Shown here in pieces: positions 28,600 to 46,985 of a stretch of DNA of 64,000 nt. Within the stretch, counting starts at the first letter, position 1; each line of letters starts with the position of its first letter. The stretch is from Camelus ferus (taxonomy: Eukaryota): NCBI RefSeq assembly GCF_009834535.1, contig NC_045717.1:20646001-20710000 (forward strand). Direction: 5' to 3'. The notes beneath the pieces are model-generated. The model did no database searches. It worked only from the letters and a program-made list of their open reading frames with translations, and was not told the origin of the DNA. The position numbers were made by a program, and so were the translations under genes.

Positions 28600-30110
28600 G
28601 CTCCTAAATTCAGCCCAGGCTCAAATAACAGCAAAAGACGCCTCTGGTCAGCTGGCAGGCCCAGCCATCAGGCGAAGCCCCGCGCATCTCCGTGGAGACG
28701 GCAGCAGGACCCGCCCCGCCCTCGGGCCGCAGCCTCGGCCTCCTTATCTGGCGGTGGAATGCGCGGTATCCACACTCGCTGCCTCTAGGGCCGCGCCTCC
28801 TCTCCCTCGCGACAGCCACACGCGCGGGACCCCCACATCGCCAAGTAGGGGTGGGAGACTCCTCTGCGTCCCGCTAGGGCCCCGCTTCGATATTCCCAGA
28901 GGACTGGGGAGAGGTGGGGAGAGATCCCAGCAGCAGCTGCACCGCGAATACCGCACCCGTGTCGCGCCACGCAGGGGACCGTGGGCTTAGCGCGTGGCGC
29001 CTGGAGAGTGTGACTGGGGCAGAGTCGGGAAAGGGGATGGAAATCCCCGGGTGAGTCAACTCGTGCCAGAGAAGGGGCGAGGTTCCCATGCACGGCTGGG
29101 CCCAGGACCATGCGGGGCCACGCGCGCCCGCACCCACGCGCCATCCCCGAGCCCCAGGGGAAAGAAGAGGCGGCGGAGCCACGCGGTCGGGTTCACCTTC
29201 CTTCCAAAACAAAGCCACGACCCCGCGATGGGACTGGAAAAGACGAACTACTCGGAGAAACTGAGGCAGAGGACCAGACGTGCAGGAGGTGGGCAACTGC
29301 CCTCCTCCGGGGCCCCGCCCCTTGGCTGGGAGGTTCGGTGCCGCGCAGCACTTTTCGCCCTCTACCAGCCGGAGTCAGCAAAGAGGGGCTTCCTCCCCTC
29401 CCCCCGACACACTCCCCAAACCCCGGGTCCGGGGGCAAGCAGTCCTGCCTCCCAGTCTCCGGCCAAAAGCTCTCGGATTCCGCCTTCTTCTCCGCGCCAA
29501 CTTCCTGCCGCTGGGCAAGGCGGGGAGCTCTGTCTGGGGGTTCGCGGCCGAGGCAGTAGGGCCGTCTGGGGTCGTGGAGAGGGCCCACGATGACTACTCC
29601 TTCCGTGCAGCAGGAGCACGGGCGGCGCGTGAGCTCCCGGGGCGCCCGGGACCCCTGGCCGGCTCCCCAAGCTCGGATCCCGCGACCTCCGGAGACCAGG
29701 GCCCGCCCTTTTTGCCTCCCCCTCGCCACGCACGCTCACCTGGCTAGGCCGGCCCGGGTCCTTGCCCTGGCCGGAGGGGCTTTGGCGTCTGCGTCCCCGG
29801 GACGGCCGCGGCTGGGGCTGCCCGCCGGGCTCCACTGCGTCCCGGGGCAGAGGACCGGGGACAGAAGGGGACCGGGAGAGGCGCTGCCTCAGCCCCCATT
29901 TGCCCCGCCCTATCTCCTCCCCTTTCCGGCGGCGGCTGCAATGAATTCCAGATGTGGCTGGCCCAGCGGGGCGCCCGCAAGGGTCGGCGGGGGAGGCGCG
30001 CGGGGTCCCTTTGTCCGCACCCCCACCATCCAGCCCTGCCCCTCCCAGCCCCTACCCGTGAGAACCGGCCGGGGCATGACGTCACGGGGCTGCGTGACGT
30101 CATGTCGCTC
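28600..30110 (-). promoter_or_regulatory. S1PR2: S1PR2 promoter CpG island with two full CRE sites
   Basis: High CpG density. TGACGTCA at 30077-30084 and 30095-30102. Confidence 0.85.
29740..29890 (-). other. S1PR2: S1PR2 non-coding exon 1
   Basis: Donor CAG|GTGAGC at 29740 inside the CpG island. The exon end GGCCGGCCTAGCCAG joins to the exon 2 start as in the human mRNA as recalled. The start site is approximate. Confidence 0.8.
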
Positions 30111-30941
30111 CTAGCCAGGTGGCCTCAACCTGAAACAACTGTCTTTAATTGCAGATATACTCTTGGCCCATACCTGAGACCCTGAAATTGGAGGAGCGCA
30201 TGGAATCCCTTTTATTTACTTACCAAGGAGCCACGAAACACCTACTAAGTGTAAAAGCAGCAAATAGATATTAAGTGCCTACTGTGTGTTCATCCAACAA
30301 ATAAGCAAGTTCCTACTGTGTGTCGCGCCCTGCCTCAAAGACAGGATTGGATTTTGCCCTGATGAGACCCCAGAATTCAAGCGCTGGTCCCTCTGCCCTA
30401 GAAGACCAGAAGCCCCCAGCAGCCTTCCCTGCCTCTGTGCATCGATTGCCCTCACTGTGGTCACCCAGCAGGCCTAGGCTGAGTCCTGCCTTTCAAGCTG
30501 GGGCCCAATCTTCTATCCAGTTCTTTAGTTTCCCTCTTTCCACTTTTCCTGGGCATCTCTGTGTGCCCGGCTATGTAGATAAGACACACCTTCATTTACT
30601 GATGCGAGTGTGTGAAATCAGTGACCAGACAACATGACTCTCACTCCTTCAACAAATGTTTTTGGTGCACCTACTGGACACAGCAGTGAACAAAACAGGG
30701 GGGGAAAGTCCTTACCTCCATGGAACTTATGTTCAGGAGGGTACTGTTTGTGAAAATGAATACATAATCAGCTTTGTTTATTTACCAAATACAGTAAGCA
30801 CCTGCTATGTACCAGATGCTATTCTAAAAGGCTGGAGATACATCAGGAAACCAAACAGATAAAACTCCCTGTCTTAGTGGAGTTGAGGTTCTACTGTATG
30901 TGCTCAGAATATCCAGAATAATGCAGGAAGAAGAAACTGAT

Positions 30942-31162
30942 AATATAAAAATAGATAAAAAAACAAATTTCTTCTGTATAGCACAGGGAACTATATTCAA
31001 TAACTTATAGTAACCTTTAATGAAAAAGAATATGAAAACGAATATATATATATGTATATACATGATTGGGACATTATGCTGCACACCAAAAATTGACACA
31101 TTGTAACTGACTATACTTCAATTTAAAAAAATCAAAATTTAAAAAATCAAAATTAAAAAAAT
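30942..31162 (+). mobile_element. Young cetartiodactyl/camelid L1 3' end
   Basis: Same family as 28263-28526. TSD AGAAACTGAT at 30932-30941 and 31163-31172. Confidence 0.85.
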
Positions 31163-33784
31163 AGAAACTGATTTCCTGGGAGAGGAACTGAAAGACAGGG
31201 CACAGGTCAGAGGAAGGAGGTTGCTTTCCCTCTTTTGTAATTTTGACTTTTACAACAAGTACATACATGCCCTATTTCAACAATAAACTGATTTAAAATT
31301 TTAGACTGCTGATACCCAGACAGTGCAATAAAAATGAGGGAGAAAGTAGGTGCACTCTTCTATGTTTATACTATACTTCAGTAGAGTATTGAAAAGCNNN
31401 NNNNNNNNNNNNNNNNNNNNNNNNNNNNNNNNNNNNNNNNNNNNNNNNNNNNNNNNNNNNNNNNNNNNNNNNNNNNNNNNNNNNNNNNNNNNNNNNNNNN
31501 NNNNNNNNNNNNNNNNNNNNNNNNNNNNNNNNNNNNNNNNNNNNNNNNNNNNNNNNNNNNNNNNNNNNNNNNNNNNNNNNNNNNNNNNNNNNNNNNNNNN
31601 NNNNNNNNNNNNNNNNNTGGATGAAACTTGAGGGCCTTGTGGCAAGTGAAATGAGCCAGACAGAGAAAAGACAAATACCACATGGTATCACTTATATGTG
31701 GAATCTTAAAAAAAAATCAAACTCATAGAAACACACAGTAGGAAAAATGGTTGCCAGAGGCAGGGAGGTGGGGTAAGTAGGAAGAGATTAGTAAAAGGGT
31801 GCAAACTTTCCGTTATATGATGAATAAGGTCTGAAGATCTAATATACAGCAGGGTGACTGTAGTTGGTAATAGTGTATCAGACCATTGAAATTTACTGAA
31901 AGAGTAGACCTGAAATGGTCTCACATCCACACACACACACAAAAAGATAAATATGATAAATATGTGAGGTGATGGATGTGCTAATTAGCTAGCTGGAGAG
32001 AATCCTTTCACAATGTATACGTACATCCAATCACCGTGATGTACACTTTAACTGTCTTACAATTTTACATGTCAATGATACCTCAAAAAAGCTGAAATTA
32101 AAAAAAAAATTACAGATGCTTGAATCCCAGACAATGCAACCAATAAAAGAAAAAGGTGGGGGGAAGGGTTCAGCACACTCTTCTGTATATATATTTTACT
32201 CCATAAAGTGTTGAAAAGCAAAACTTCAAAAAAGGAAACTAAAGTCAATCCATACATGCCTATTAAATAGGAAAAATGGAGTCTTGAGGTAAAACTGTCT
32301 TCAATTTATTAAGGTGAAAAAAAGCACAAGATAGACCAGTTTGCACTGCTTGCTTGCCTGTATTTCTGGATTTATTTATAAGGGCATATAAATACACACA
32401 CATTTGCCTGCGGACTCACAGGCCATCTCCCAGAGAAGGCACATGACATCGTCACAGCGGTTACCCCCAGGGAGGGGACCTGAGTTAGGGGGAACAGGTG
32501 ACAGGGGGCCAGACACTTTATGGTGTACCCTTGGGGGGACGGTTTGAAATTTTTAGCTCATATTACCAATTCAAAAATTTTACAAAGATGTGAAAAATTA
32601 AATAAAAAGTAACAAATCACTGGACTTCTAATTGTAAGCTTGTTCCTGTAATCATAGTAATGAATAGTGCCAATAATATAAATAAACAATAACACTGATT
32701 ACATATCTACGTTATTATTCAACATATCGTCATTAAATAAATTTATATTAAGAGTAAACATATTTAAGTTTTTCATAAAGAAGTGAATATTAAGAATCAA
32801 TATATTAATGTTACATATATATGTATGCAGCATATATATTCATATAATGCTCTGTTCTGGTGATACCTCGTTGGTTTCTGCCATCCAAAACTGACAGTCT
32901 GATGAAGGAGACAGAAGAAACGAGACAGTTTGAACTCAGGGTAGCAGACCGTTGATGGGAAGATAAGAAAGCCGGAGTGACTTCATTCCTTTTCCTGAAT
33001 GAGATTTCAGTGCCCACTCAGTTCTGGGCCAGATCTCGGGGTCCACTTGGACTTCAGCAAAACCGCACCAAATCCTCTGCCCAAATGAAGTGTGGCCATA
33101 AAACCTTTAGAAACCAGGTGTTCAAACCACAGAAGACAAAGCCCTGAAAAAACTGGGTCCTCTCTTCACCGAGGAGCTGTCGGAGCGGAAATGTTAGCCC
33201 TCTGTGAGGACCTGAAAGATCTTGGGAGGAAGTGGCCCCCACAACTTGCGTTGCTGGCTCAGCAGTTTGCCATCTCCCCAGGGACGTGGGGGCGACGGTA
33301 ATATCAAGGCTGCAGACATATCCGGCTGTCTGTTAGGGGGGCCGTGGCTTCTAGACAAAGGTGATGTCCCTAGAGACACACAGACACCCACAAGTGACTT
33401 CCACCTCCTCCCCCACCACCTCCCGCTTCTGGGGCAACATGCGGTCTCTGCCGGCTCAGCTGAGGGAACAGGTTGGAGAACTGGGAAACACTGGTCTAGA
33501 CTCCTGGATGGTCTGGGAGGTCAAGGCAAAAGCTAAGCCCCACCCTAGGGTTCAGTTGGGGTCCCTGAGTGAGAGAACAGTGGAAGAGGAAGGAAACGGG
33601 GCCCTTTTCTTGGGGAGCTCCCAAGCAAGAGAAAGGAAGAAAAGGAAGAGGCTTGGGCCAGCCTCCACTAATTACAGGGCCACCGACAGTAATGGCTAAT
33701 GCTCACAGACACAGACAGTGTTGGGTGTGGCTCTATGAATCCTCACAACCCTAGGAGGTGGGTATTATTATTACCATCATTCCA

Positions 33785-34165
33785 TTTTTTTTAATAGACG
33801 TTGTATTTTAGAACAGTTTTCGGTTCACAGCAAAATAGAGCAGAAAGTACAGAGATGGCCCAGAGACCCCCTCCCCACCCACATGCATAGCCTCCCCCAT
33901 TGTCAGCTTCCCCCACCAGAGTGGCATATTTATTACCACTGATGAACCTACACTGGCACATCATTGTCACACCAAGTTTCTGATGTTGCACGTTCAGTGG
34001 GTCTGGACAAATTCGTAATGACATGTACTCACCCTTATAGTATCTTAATTGTTTCACTGCCCTAAAAATTAGCCTCTAAACTCTGCCTAGTCATCCCTCC
34101 CTCCTCCTTAACCACTGGCAACCACTGAGCTTTTTACTGTCCTCATAGTTTTGCCTTTTCTTCAT
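33785..34165 (-). mobile_element. Old L1 3' end interrupting a MIR
   Basis: ttagaacagttttcggttcacagcaaaatagagcagaaagtacagag motif. MIR core (cccattttaaagataaggaaactgaggc) resumes on the right. Confidence 0.75.
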
Positions 34166-37100
34166 CACCCCATTTTAAAGATAAGGAAACTGAGGCACAG
34201 GGTTGTGGCAGGGAGTGGACTAGAGCTCTCTGCCCGCTTTTTCATCCCAAGTCCCGGCCCCAGTCCTGATGCAGTGACCCCTCCCCATCCCTGCCCCAGC
34301 AGTTTGAAATAGAAGGGCAGTAGTTACCACTCAGGATCACGTCGGTCACTGGCGAGATGTAGAATGTTCTCCTCCGTAATCCAGAGGTGAAGGAAACCCT
34401 CTGACCTCTAATCCCATCTCACCCCAAATTTTGTGATTTCCCCCAAGTCAATGAGGCTCCGGACTGTCCTCCATCCTCCCTGGGCCTCCACTGCCTCCCC
34501 ACCCCCAGCTCTCAGGTTTTGGCAAGAGGAACTGCTTGAGGAGAAGTGTCTGAGACAGGTCCCAACTTTCTCATCATCACCCCAGCACTGGGGGAAGGGG
34601 CCCAGCTGCAGAGAAGCTTTCCAGATGCTGATCTTGGCAGGCAGCGAAGCTGCAGCCGCCTCATTTCGTCCATCCACGGGCTTGAGGCCCACTTTCAGCT
34701 TCAGGGATGGGGTGGAGAGGCTGCTGGTGGAGGCCGCTCCCCGCCACGTCTGCACCAGATGCAGTTTTAGCCCTTTGAGCCTGGGAGGGGTGGGCTCTCT
34801 CTTCCAGATAAGGGAGACATGCAGTTAGAGGAGAGGGGAGCCCCAAAAGCTCAGTTCTCAGCAAGCCTCCCTCCAGCATAATAACAATAGTTGAAACATA
34901 CATAATGTGCCAGTTACTGTCCTAAGCGTTTTGTAAATATCATCCCATCAAAAGCTCATAACATCTCCATTAAGGAATAAATAGCCAAGCTGCCGTTCAT
35001 CCTCACATGGAAGACCACTCAGGAATATAACATTTGGAACCTCAAGTTCTAAAAGGAAGGAACTTTATAGAGTGATGTATAACAACATGGATGAATCTCA
35101 AATGCATTATGAGGAAAAGAAGGCAGACACAAAAGGCTACGTACTGTATGATTCCATTTCTATGATGTTCTGAAAAAGGCCAAACTACAGGGATAGTGAG
35201 CAACCAGTGATTTTTCAGGCCTGAGGGCAGAGGGTGGGGTTGACTACAAAAGGGCATGGGGGGAATTTTGGGGTGATGGAATCATTCTCTACCTCCATTG
35301 TCCTGGTGGTCACATGATGGTAGATGTTTGCCCAACTGCACATTGAAAAGGGAAGACTTAATTTTTTTTTAAATTGTATTTTAAAACAGACATCAGTCAG
35401 AGTCTACTTGGGAAAATAGAACTATCTCAAACAGAGGGGATTTAATGCAGAGGATGGTCACATAGATGAGAAACCAAAGTGCGGGAGGAGTGAGACGACT
35501 TAGAAATTAACAAGCAGGGGGGCCACATCCAGTGAGAGAGGCTGCCAGAAGCAGATGAGGGGAACTACCCTGGCTTCTCTCATCCTTCTCCCCTCCAGTC
35601 TACCCTCAGTGCCTTCCACTGGCTAAATCTGGGCAGGAGGCTGGAGGCAAGGGAAGTATTCCATGCAGGGGTCAGCCTCTAGCTATGGGGCAGGGGCAAA
35701 GCAGGGGAAAGGATGATCTCAGGGTACACATGTTCAAGGCTGACACAAACCATATGAGGAAGGGGCAATTATACCCCATTTTACAGAGCAGTAAACTGAG
35801 ACTCAGAGATCCCATGTGTCCTGCCCAGGGGTTCAAGCCCTGAGGAGGTCTGACTCTCTGCCCCTTTTTTTCTGCTTCCCCATGCAGCTGAACTGAAGGG
35901 GACTGAAGGGAATGGAAACATCTATGCAAATCAGGCTCACCCTAGGGGCTGGGGGAGGGGGGTGCCTCAATGAAGACTCCTCCTCCTCAGGGGCTTGGCA
36001 ATTACCCACAAACTGGGCTGCAAACAAACACCCAGCAGATGTTTTGGCAGTTAATGGGGGTGTACTATAGACAGCTCCCCCCAAGAGGGTCAGGCCCCAC
36101 ATCAAGCGTGAACCCACACCCTGTATCTCCTGTCTAAAGGCAGTTCCACAATTTTCCAGCCTTGACCTCTGGCCTTTGTGAAAATCCTGGCACAGTGATG
36201 GGGGTCTAGGAAAGGCCAGATGTTGGGGGGCCCTCCAGCTTCCAATGTGTGCTCCCCAATTGCTATCATGCCCATGGCCCTCAGAGATCCTCTCCAGGCT
36301 GCAAGGCTGATGCTGACCCCATGCCCCTGGGGACAGAGGTCACCTACAATTGAGCCTTTGATCTACATAAGTGGGCTGGACATCGTGACCATTGACCTCC
36401 ACCCAGGCTTGGACCAAAACAGTCAAACTTTGAGCCTCACAATGTGCGGATCTCAATGTCATTACCTCCCTTTCATTTAAGGCTCATGATCAATATGCCG
36501 GTGGAGGAGCCCTGTGCAAACTGCTTTCTCCACATTCCATTTGTTCAATTACTATGTATTGAGAACCTACTGGGTGCCTAGCACCTTTCTTCTTGTTAGC
36601 AGTGGGGCCCAGCAGTGAAAGAAACGAAGACCTCTGTCCTCCGGGCGCTGATGTTCTAGTGGGGGTGACAGACAAGAAGCAGGATAAATAAAAGCATGAT
36701 GTCATCTGTTACAATGTGGTGAAAGTTCTGAAAACAATGACGGTGGGAAGGCAGATTAGATAGTGGGGTAGGAAGGGAATTGTGATTTTAGATCCATTGT
36801 CACCTGAGAAGGTGACATTTGAGTCAAGACCTGAAGGAGGTGAGGGAGTAAACTATGCAGACGTTTAGGGGAAAATGGTCCAGGCAGAAGGAACCACCAG
36901 TGCAAAGGCCCTGAGGCTGGTGCTGGTGTGAGGTTGACAGGTTCTGGAAAGGAGTCTGGTGAGGCAGAAACCACAGAAAGATGGAGGGGGAGAGTGGGTG
37001 GAGGTGAGAACAGGTTCTCGGGCCCTTGTGGGCTGCAGTAAGGACTTTGGCTTTTGCTCTAAGTTACACAGGAGGCATGGAGGGTTCTGAGCAGAAGGGA

Positions 37101-37729
37101 GACATGATCTGACTCAGGTGTTTACAGGCTCCTTCTGTGGGGGGAAAAAAGACCGTGGGGACTGAGGATGGAAGGAAAGGGAACTCATCCTCAACACAGG
37201 TCGGTAGGGGAGGGTTTGTCTGGGTCCCACTTACCAGTTAAGAAATGGAACTCTGAAAATGCTAACCAGTAGCCCAGAGACTTCAGAGACATCAGACAAT
37301 TAGAGGCAGTCCCTAGGTTCAAACCTGTGTATATGTGACTCCAGTGCCATTACGTAAACAATCATTCACTGGGCACCTTACATGCCTGTGACCTCAGGGG
37401 GATAGAGATCTTGAGATCCAAGAGACAAAGAGAGGGCAGTTTCTGGTAATACCCCTGCATCAGGGCAATAAATGAAGGAATTCACTCAAGAAACGTGTAT
37501 TGAGCTCCCCCTGTGTTACAGGCACTACGCTGGGTCCTGGAGCTACAGCAGTGAACAAGACAGAGCAAAACTTCTGCCAAGGGGGAGTTTACACTCTTAT
37601 GGGGGAGATGGGCAAAAAGCAGGGGAAAAAACCCAAACCAGGAAATTATATAGGATGCTATAAAATAAATATTTAAAATATGAGGCAGGATAAGGGAGTC
37701 AGAAGTGCCAGGGCGGGAATTGCAATTTT

Positions 37730-37731
37730 TT

Positions 37732-37762
<31 letters not shown>

Positions 37763-37764
37763 TT
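37730..37764. repeat. T-run plus (TTTA)n, the tail of a small minus-strand retro-insertion
   Basis: Read directly. Flanked by TSD TGCAATTTT at 37721-37729 and 37835-37843. Confidence 0.9.
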
Positions 37765-39399
37765 AGCAGAGGAAGATATATTGCAAGGTCAAGCAAGGAG
37801 AATGGGTGGCCTGTGCCCCCAAACCCTGAACTTCTGCAATTTTAAATAGGGTGGTCAGGACAGGCCTCTAAGAAGAGGTGAGGGATCGAGCCATTTAGAG
37901 CTATGGGAAAAGTATGTTCCAGATAGAAGGAACAACAATGCAAAGGCCCTGAGGTAGGTTCAACATAAATGAGTCAATGAACAAAGCTTGTGGCTATCAA
38001 GAAGGTCCAGCCCCCCGCCCCCCCCCCCAACCTTCCATCCTCACTTCTGGCCTTTGCAATTGCTATTTCTTCAGCCTGGATAACATTTTCTCCTTTGGAC
38101 ACACTCCTGATGGACCCACAAGCCTTAGTTCTCAGGTTACAGCTTCAGAGAAGTCACCTGAGACCCCTGCCCCCATGGGTTAGGAGCTCTTCCCCTGGGC
38201 CCCAACAGATCCTGTAGACCTCCTCTCCCCTATTCTGATCTCTCAGCCTTCTCCACTGGGCTGTGAATATCTCAAAGGTGTTTGTTGGATTTGCCCCAGC
38301 AGTACACAGTGGGTGCTTAATAAATCATAAAGTGACGAAGTGCTGTTCCGTTGTTCACATAAAATCTAAATTCCCTTGCATGGGATAAACTTGTAAATCT
38401 GCCTGTAAAACCACAAGATGGTTATTGGAGAAGATAAACAGCTGGTGTTGGTCATGGATTCTGGGAGCGGAATAGGGTGTGTGGCAGGCAGTGCAGGGAA
38501 CAGAGGTTAGAGGAGACAGACACTTCACTCTAGTTATCTTTTCATAGGCTTTGAAATTTTCTTACTAGCTGCGTGAATTACTTATGCAAACAAAATGAAA
38601 AAATAAAATTCTACAAAGTAATTAAAAGACCTTTTAAAATTGCAAGGTGTGTGGAATTTTTAAACACACATCCAGTTATTCTAACAAGGATAGAATCCAC
38701 AATGAAATATAGTGTAAGTTTTCGTTAATACTTCACAAAAATATCCATTTGTTACACATCATATTAAAAAAAAAAAAAAGCCTTACATCTTTATTACAGC
38801 ATTCAAATCTTCCAGGGTCCACATCCATCCATGCCTAGTCTCTTGCCTTGCTTTGATGACAAAACTCACCTTCACTAATAATAATAATAATAATGGTAAA
38901 AATGGTAACATGTTCTACGCTTGTCATGTTTTGCCTCCATCATCACATCGATGTTTCACAATCTCTCCCATTTTCCAGATGAGGACACTGAGGTTTGCTC
39001 CGAGACCACGTTCTTGGGCGCTGAACTCTGTCCAGATCTCACCGGCGGCCAAGGGCTCAGGTTTAGCCCGGCTGCTATGGGTTCGTGGCGCCGCCTGGAG
39101 GCCCGACGGGGAACATGGCAAAGAACCTATAAATGAGCGTTTGGATTTCTGTTGGTGAGGGTAGACGAGGGAGGCAATCCAGGATCTGTGGACTCCCCAT
39201 TTTGCTGTGTTCTCGGAGAGCCCTGGAAGTCTGAGACTCGACATGACCTTGGCCTAGGAGATGGAGGAGACACATCTCCCAACCTGAGGCGTTTGAGACG
39301 GACATGGCCCTGCCCTGGGTGATCTAAGCGAAGAGGCACGGTTCGACAGGCCCAATCCTGAGGGCTTTGTGTGTGAGATAACGCCCTGTATTTAAATAA

Positions 39400-39956
39400 A
39401 AGAACAAAAAAACAAAACCACCACCGTTATTGCATACGAAGAAACCACCACCTAGAATCCTGGAGGCCCAGTGGGGGCGGGACCCGGAGGGCGTGGCCGA
39501 CATAAAAGCCTAACAGTTATTGGCCATATTCCCTTAGGTGCCCACCCCAGAACTGCCTAACCATGACGGGGAGGGGCCACTTTCCAAGACTAAACGTTCA
39601 TTGGGTGAATCATGAACGTTTCCTTTGAGCAGGGAGGTCTCATTGGCTGGATTCCTACACCGGTTCTTTAGGGGCGGGATCCAAGAGAGGGCGGGGCTTC
39701 TGGCTGTGGGGTCGAGCTGCCGGGTGTCGCAGAGGGTCTTTTAGGCCAGCAGTGAAAACTGGGGTCTGGGGGTTAGTCTTATGGCGGAGGTGAGGGTACG
39801 CTGGTGCGGGCCCCGCCGTCCTCGCTCTTGTACACCCTGCTTCCCAATGCCGAATACAAATGGAGTGGGCGGCGTTGCGGATGTGACGTCGTCGCGAGGC
39901 GTCGCGAGAGTCCGGAGGAAGCCTTGACCTCTCTAAGCGTACCGAGCTGCGCTGCA
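39400..39956 (+). promoter_or_regulatory. MRPL4: MRPL4 promoter / CpG island
   Basis: GC boxes, ATTGG at 39519, 39600 and 39642, TGACGTC at 39884, and tandem GTCGCGAG (BANP-motif-like) at 39891 and 39901. Confidence 0.8.
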
Positions 39957-45589
<5,633 letters not shown>

Positions 45590-46744
45590 GCCCGGACCAC
45601 GCTCCCCCACGCCCCCGGCTGCCGGCCTTCCTGCTCACTCTCTGAGCCAGGCCGAGCCCCTGGCAGGCTTGGGAGCCTCCCGCGCAGCCTGCGAGGGCGG
45701 CCGGCCCTGCCCAGACCCCCTCATCCTGGTAGGAAGCTGAGGCCACACAGAGTAGCCGAGCAGGAGTCACCACGGGAAAGGACAGCCAGCTCAAGAGCCT
45801 GTCCGAGCTCCCGCCCGAAGTCTCCCTTTTGTGTAAGATAAATTTTATTTTTCAAAGAGGAGAATCAACATCCCGTTGCCATTTTGTGAATAATTCCATT
45901 TGGCAAGTTGGGCTCTTTCCCCGTTGCTGGGCACCACTAGGTACCTCACTCCTCAAGGGGCGTCGGCACTGTTTGTAGAAATGACCCACCGTCAAGTTTC
46001 CCAGGTGAGCCAGCCTCCCGGGGCTCCCAGAGGAGCACCAGCCATCGCTGCGAGCCCACCAGTGGCGCCTCCTGGTCCCCAGCACCCTCCCTGAGCGCTC
46101 GCACCACTGACGGCGCCTGTGGTCCCCAAACACTGCGGTGCTTCCGTCTGGGTGTGGGCCCGATTCCACAAACGGGCGTGATGTGGAAGCTTGAGCTCTC
46201 GCCCCCGTGATCTTCCCTACGCGCGGGGTCAGGATCCGTGTCGTCAGTAAGCAAGCAAGCAAACATTTTTTAAAACACACCAAGCCAGTATCCTCATTCT
46301 TCAGCCTGCTGATGTTATTTGCCCCCTGACCCAAGTTGTTATTTTTTTAACAGTTACAAAACAGACTAAAAATGTGGTCTGTTTCTTTAAAGTTGGTCAA
46401 AAGTGCCATCTCATGTGCAGGCCCAGCCAGGCGGCCACAATGACCCATCTCCCAGGCTGCCTGTTACTGAAAACATGTCTGGAATGCCTCTCTTGGGAAT
46501 GCCTTAAGAGCTCACAACATATTCTTTCAAAGTCCTCAATGGACATAAATTTTGACCCTTAATGCGTCAGATTTGACTTAAGTGAAAAAGGAAAAGCTAA
46601 CTGGAGCCAGCAGGAAGGGGGTGCAGAGGCCAGGAGGGAAATGCTGCTGGGCTGAACCCTAACTGCCTCTCCCTGTGCCTCTCACCAGCCCTGTGGGGAC
46701 ACCGTGGCCCAGAGTAAGAGCCAGCTGTTGTCCTGACAGCGCCC

Positions 46745-46985
46745 AGCCTAGTCTAGAGAGCCTTGCTGGCATTCCCTGGCATTTCTTGGCTTGTAGACCC
46801 ATTACCCTGATCTCTGTCCTCATCTTCAAATGGCATTGTCTCTGTGTGTGTCTGTGCCCAAATTTCCCCTTTTTGTAAGGGCACCAGTCATGTTGGGTCA
46901 GGGCCCACCGTAATGACCTCATCTAAAATTGATCATCTGCAAAGTGTTTCTAAATAAGATCACCACCATCCAGGGGTTAGCTTTG
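46745..46985 (-). mobile_element. MaLR LTR fragment (MLT1B/C-like)
   Basis: cttggcttgtag..cattacc..gatctctg..catcttcaaatgg..tctctgtgtg..tgtgcccaaatttcccctttt..aag..caccagtcat pattern. Confidence 0.7.

Noticed and set aside
28553-30185. Many 120-200 aa ORFs on both strands in the S1PR2 CpG island
   Set aside because: Low-complexity products expected from GC content.
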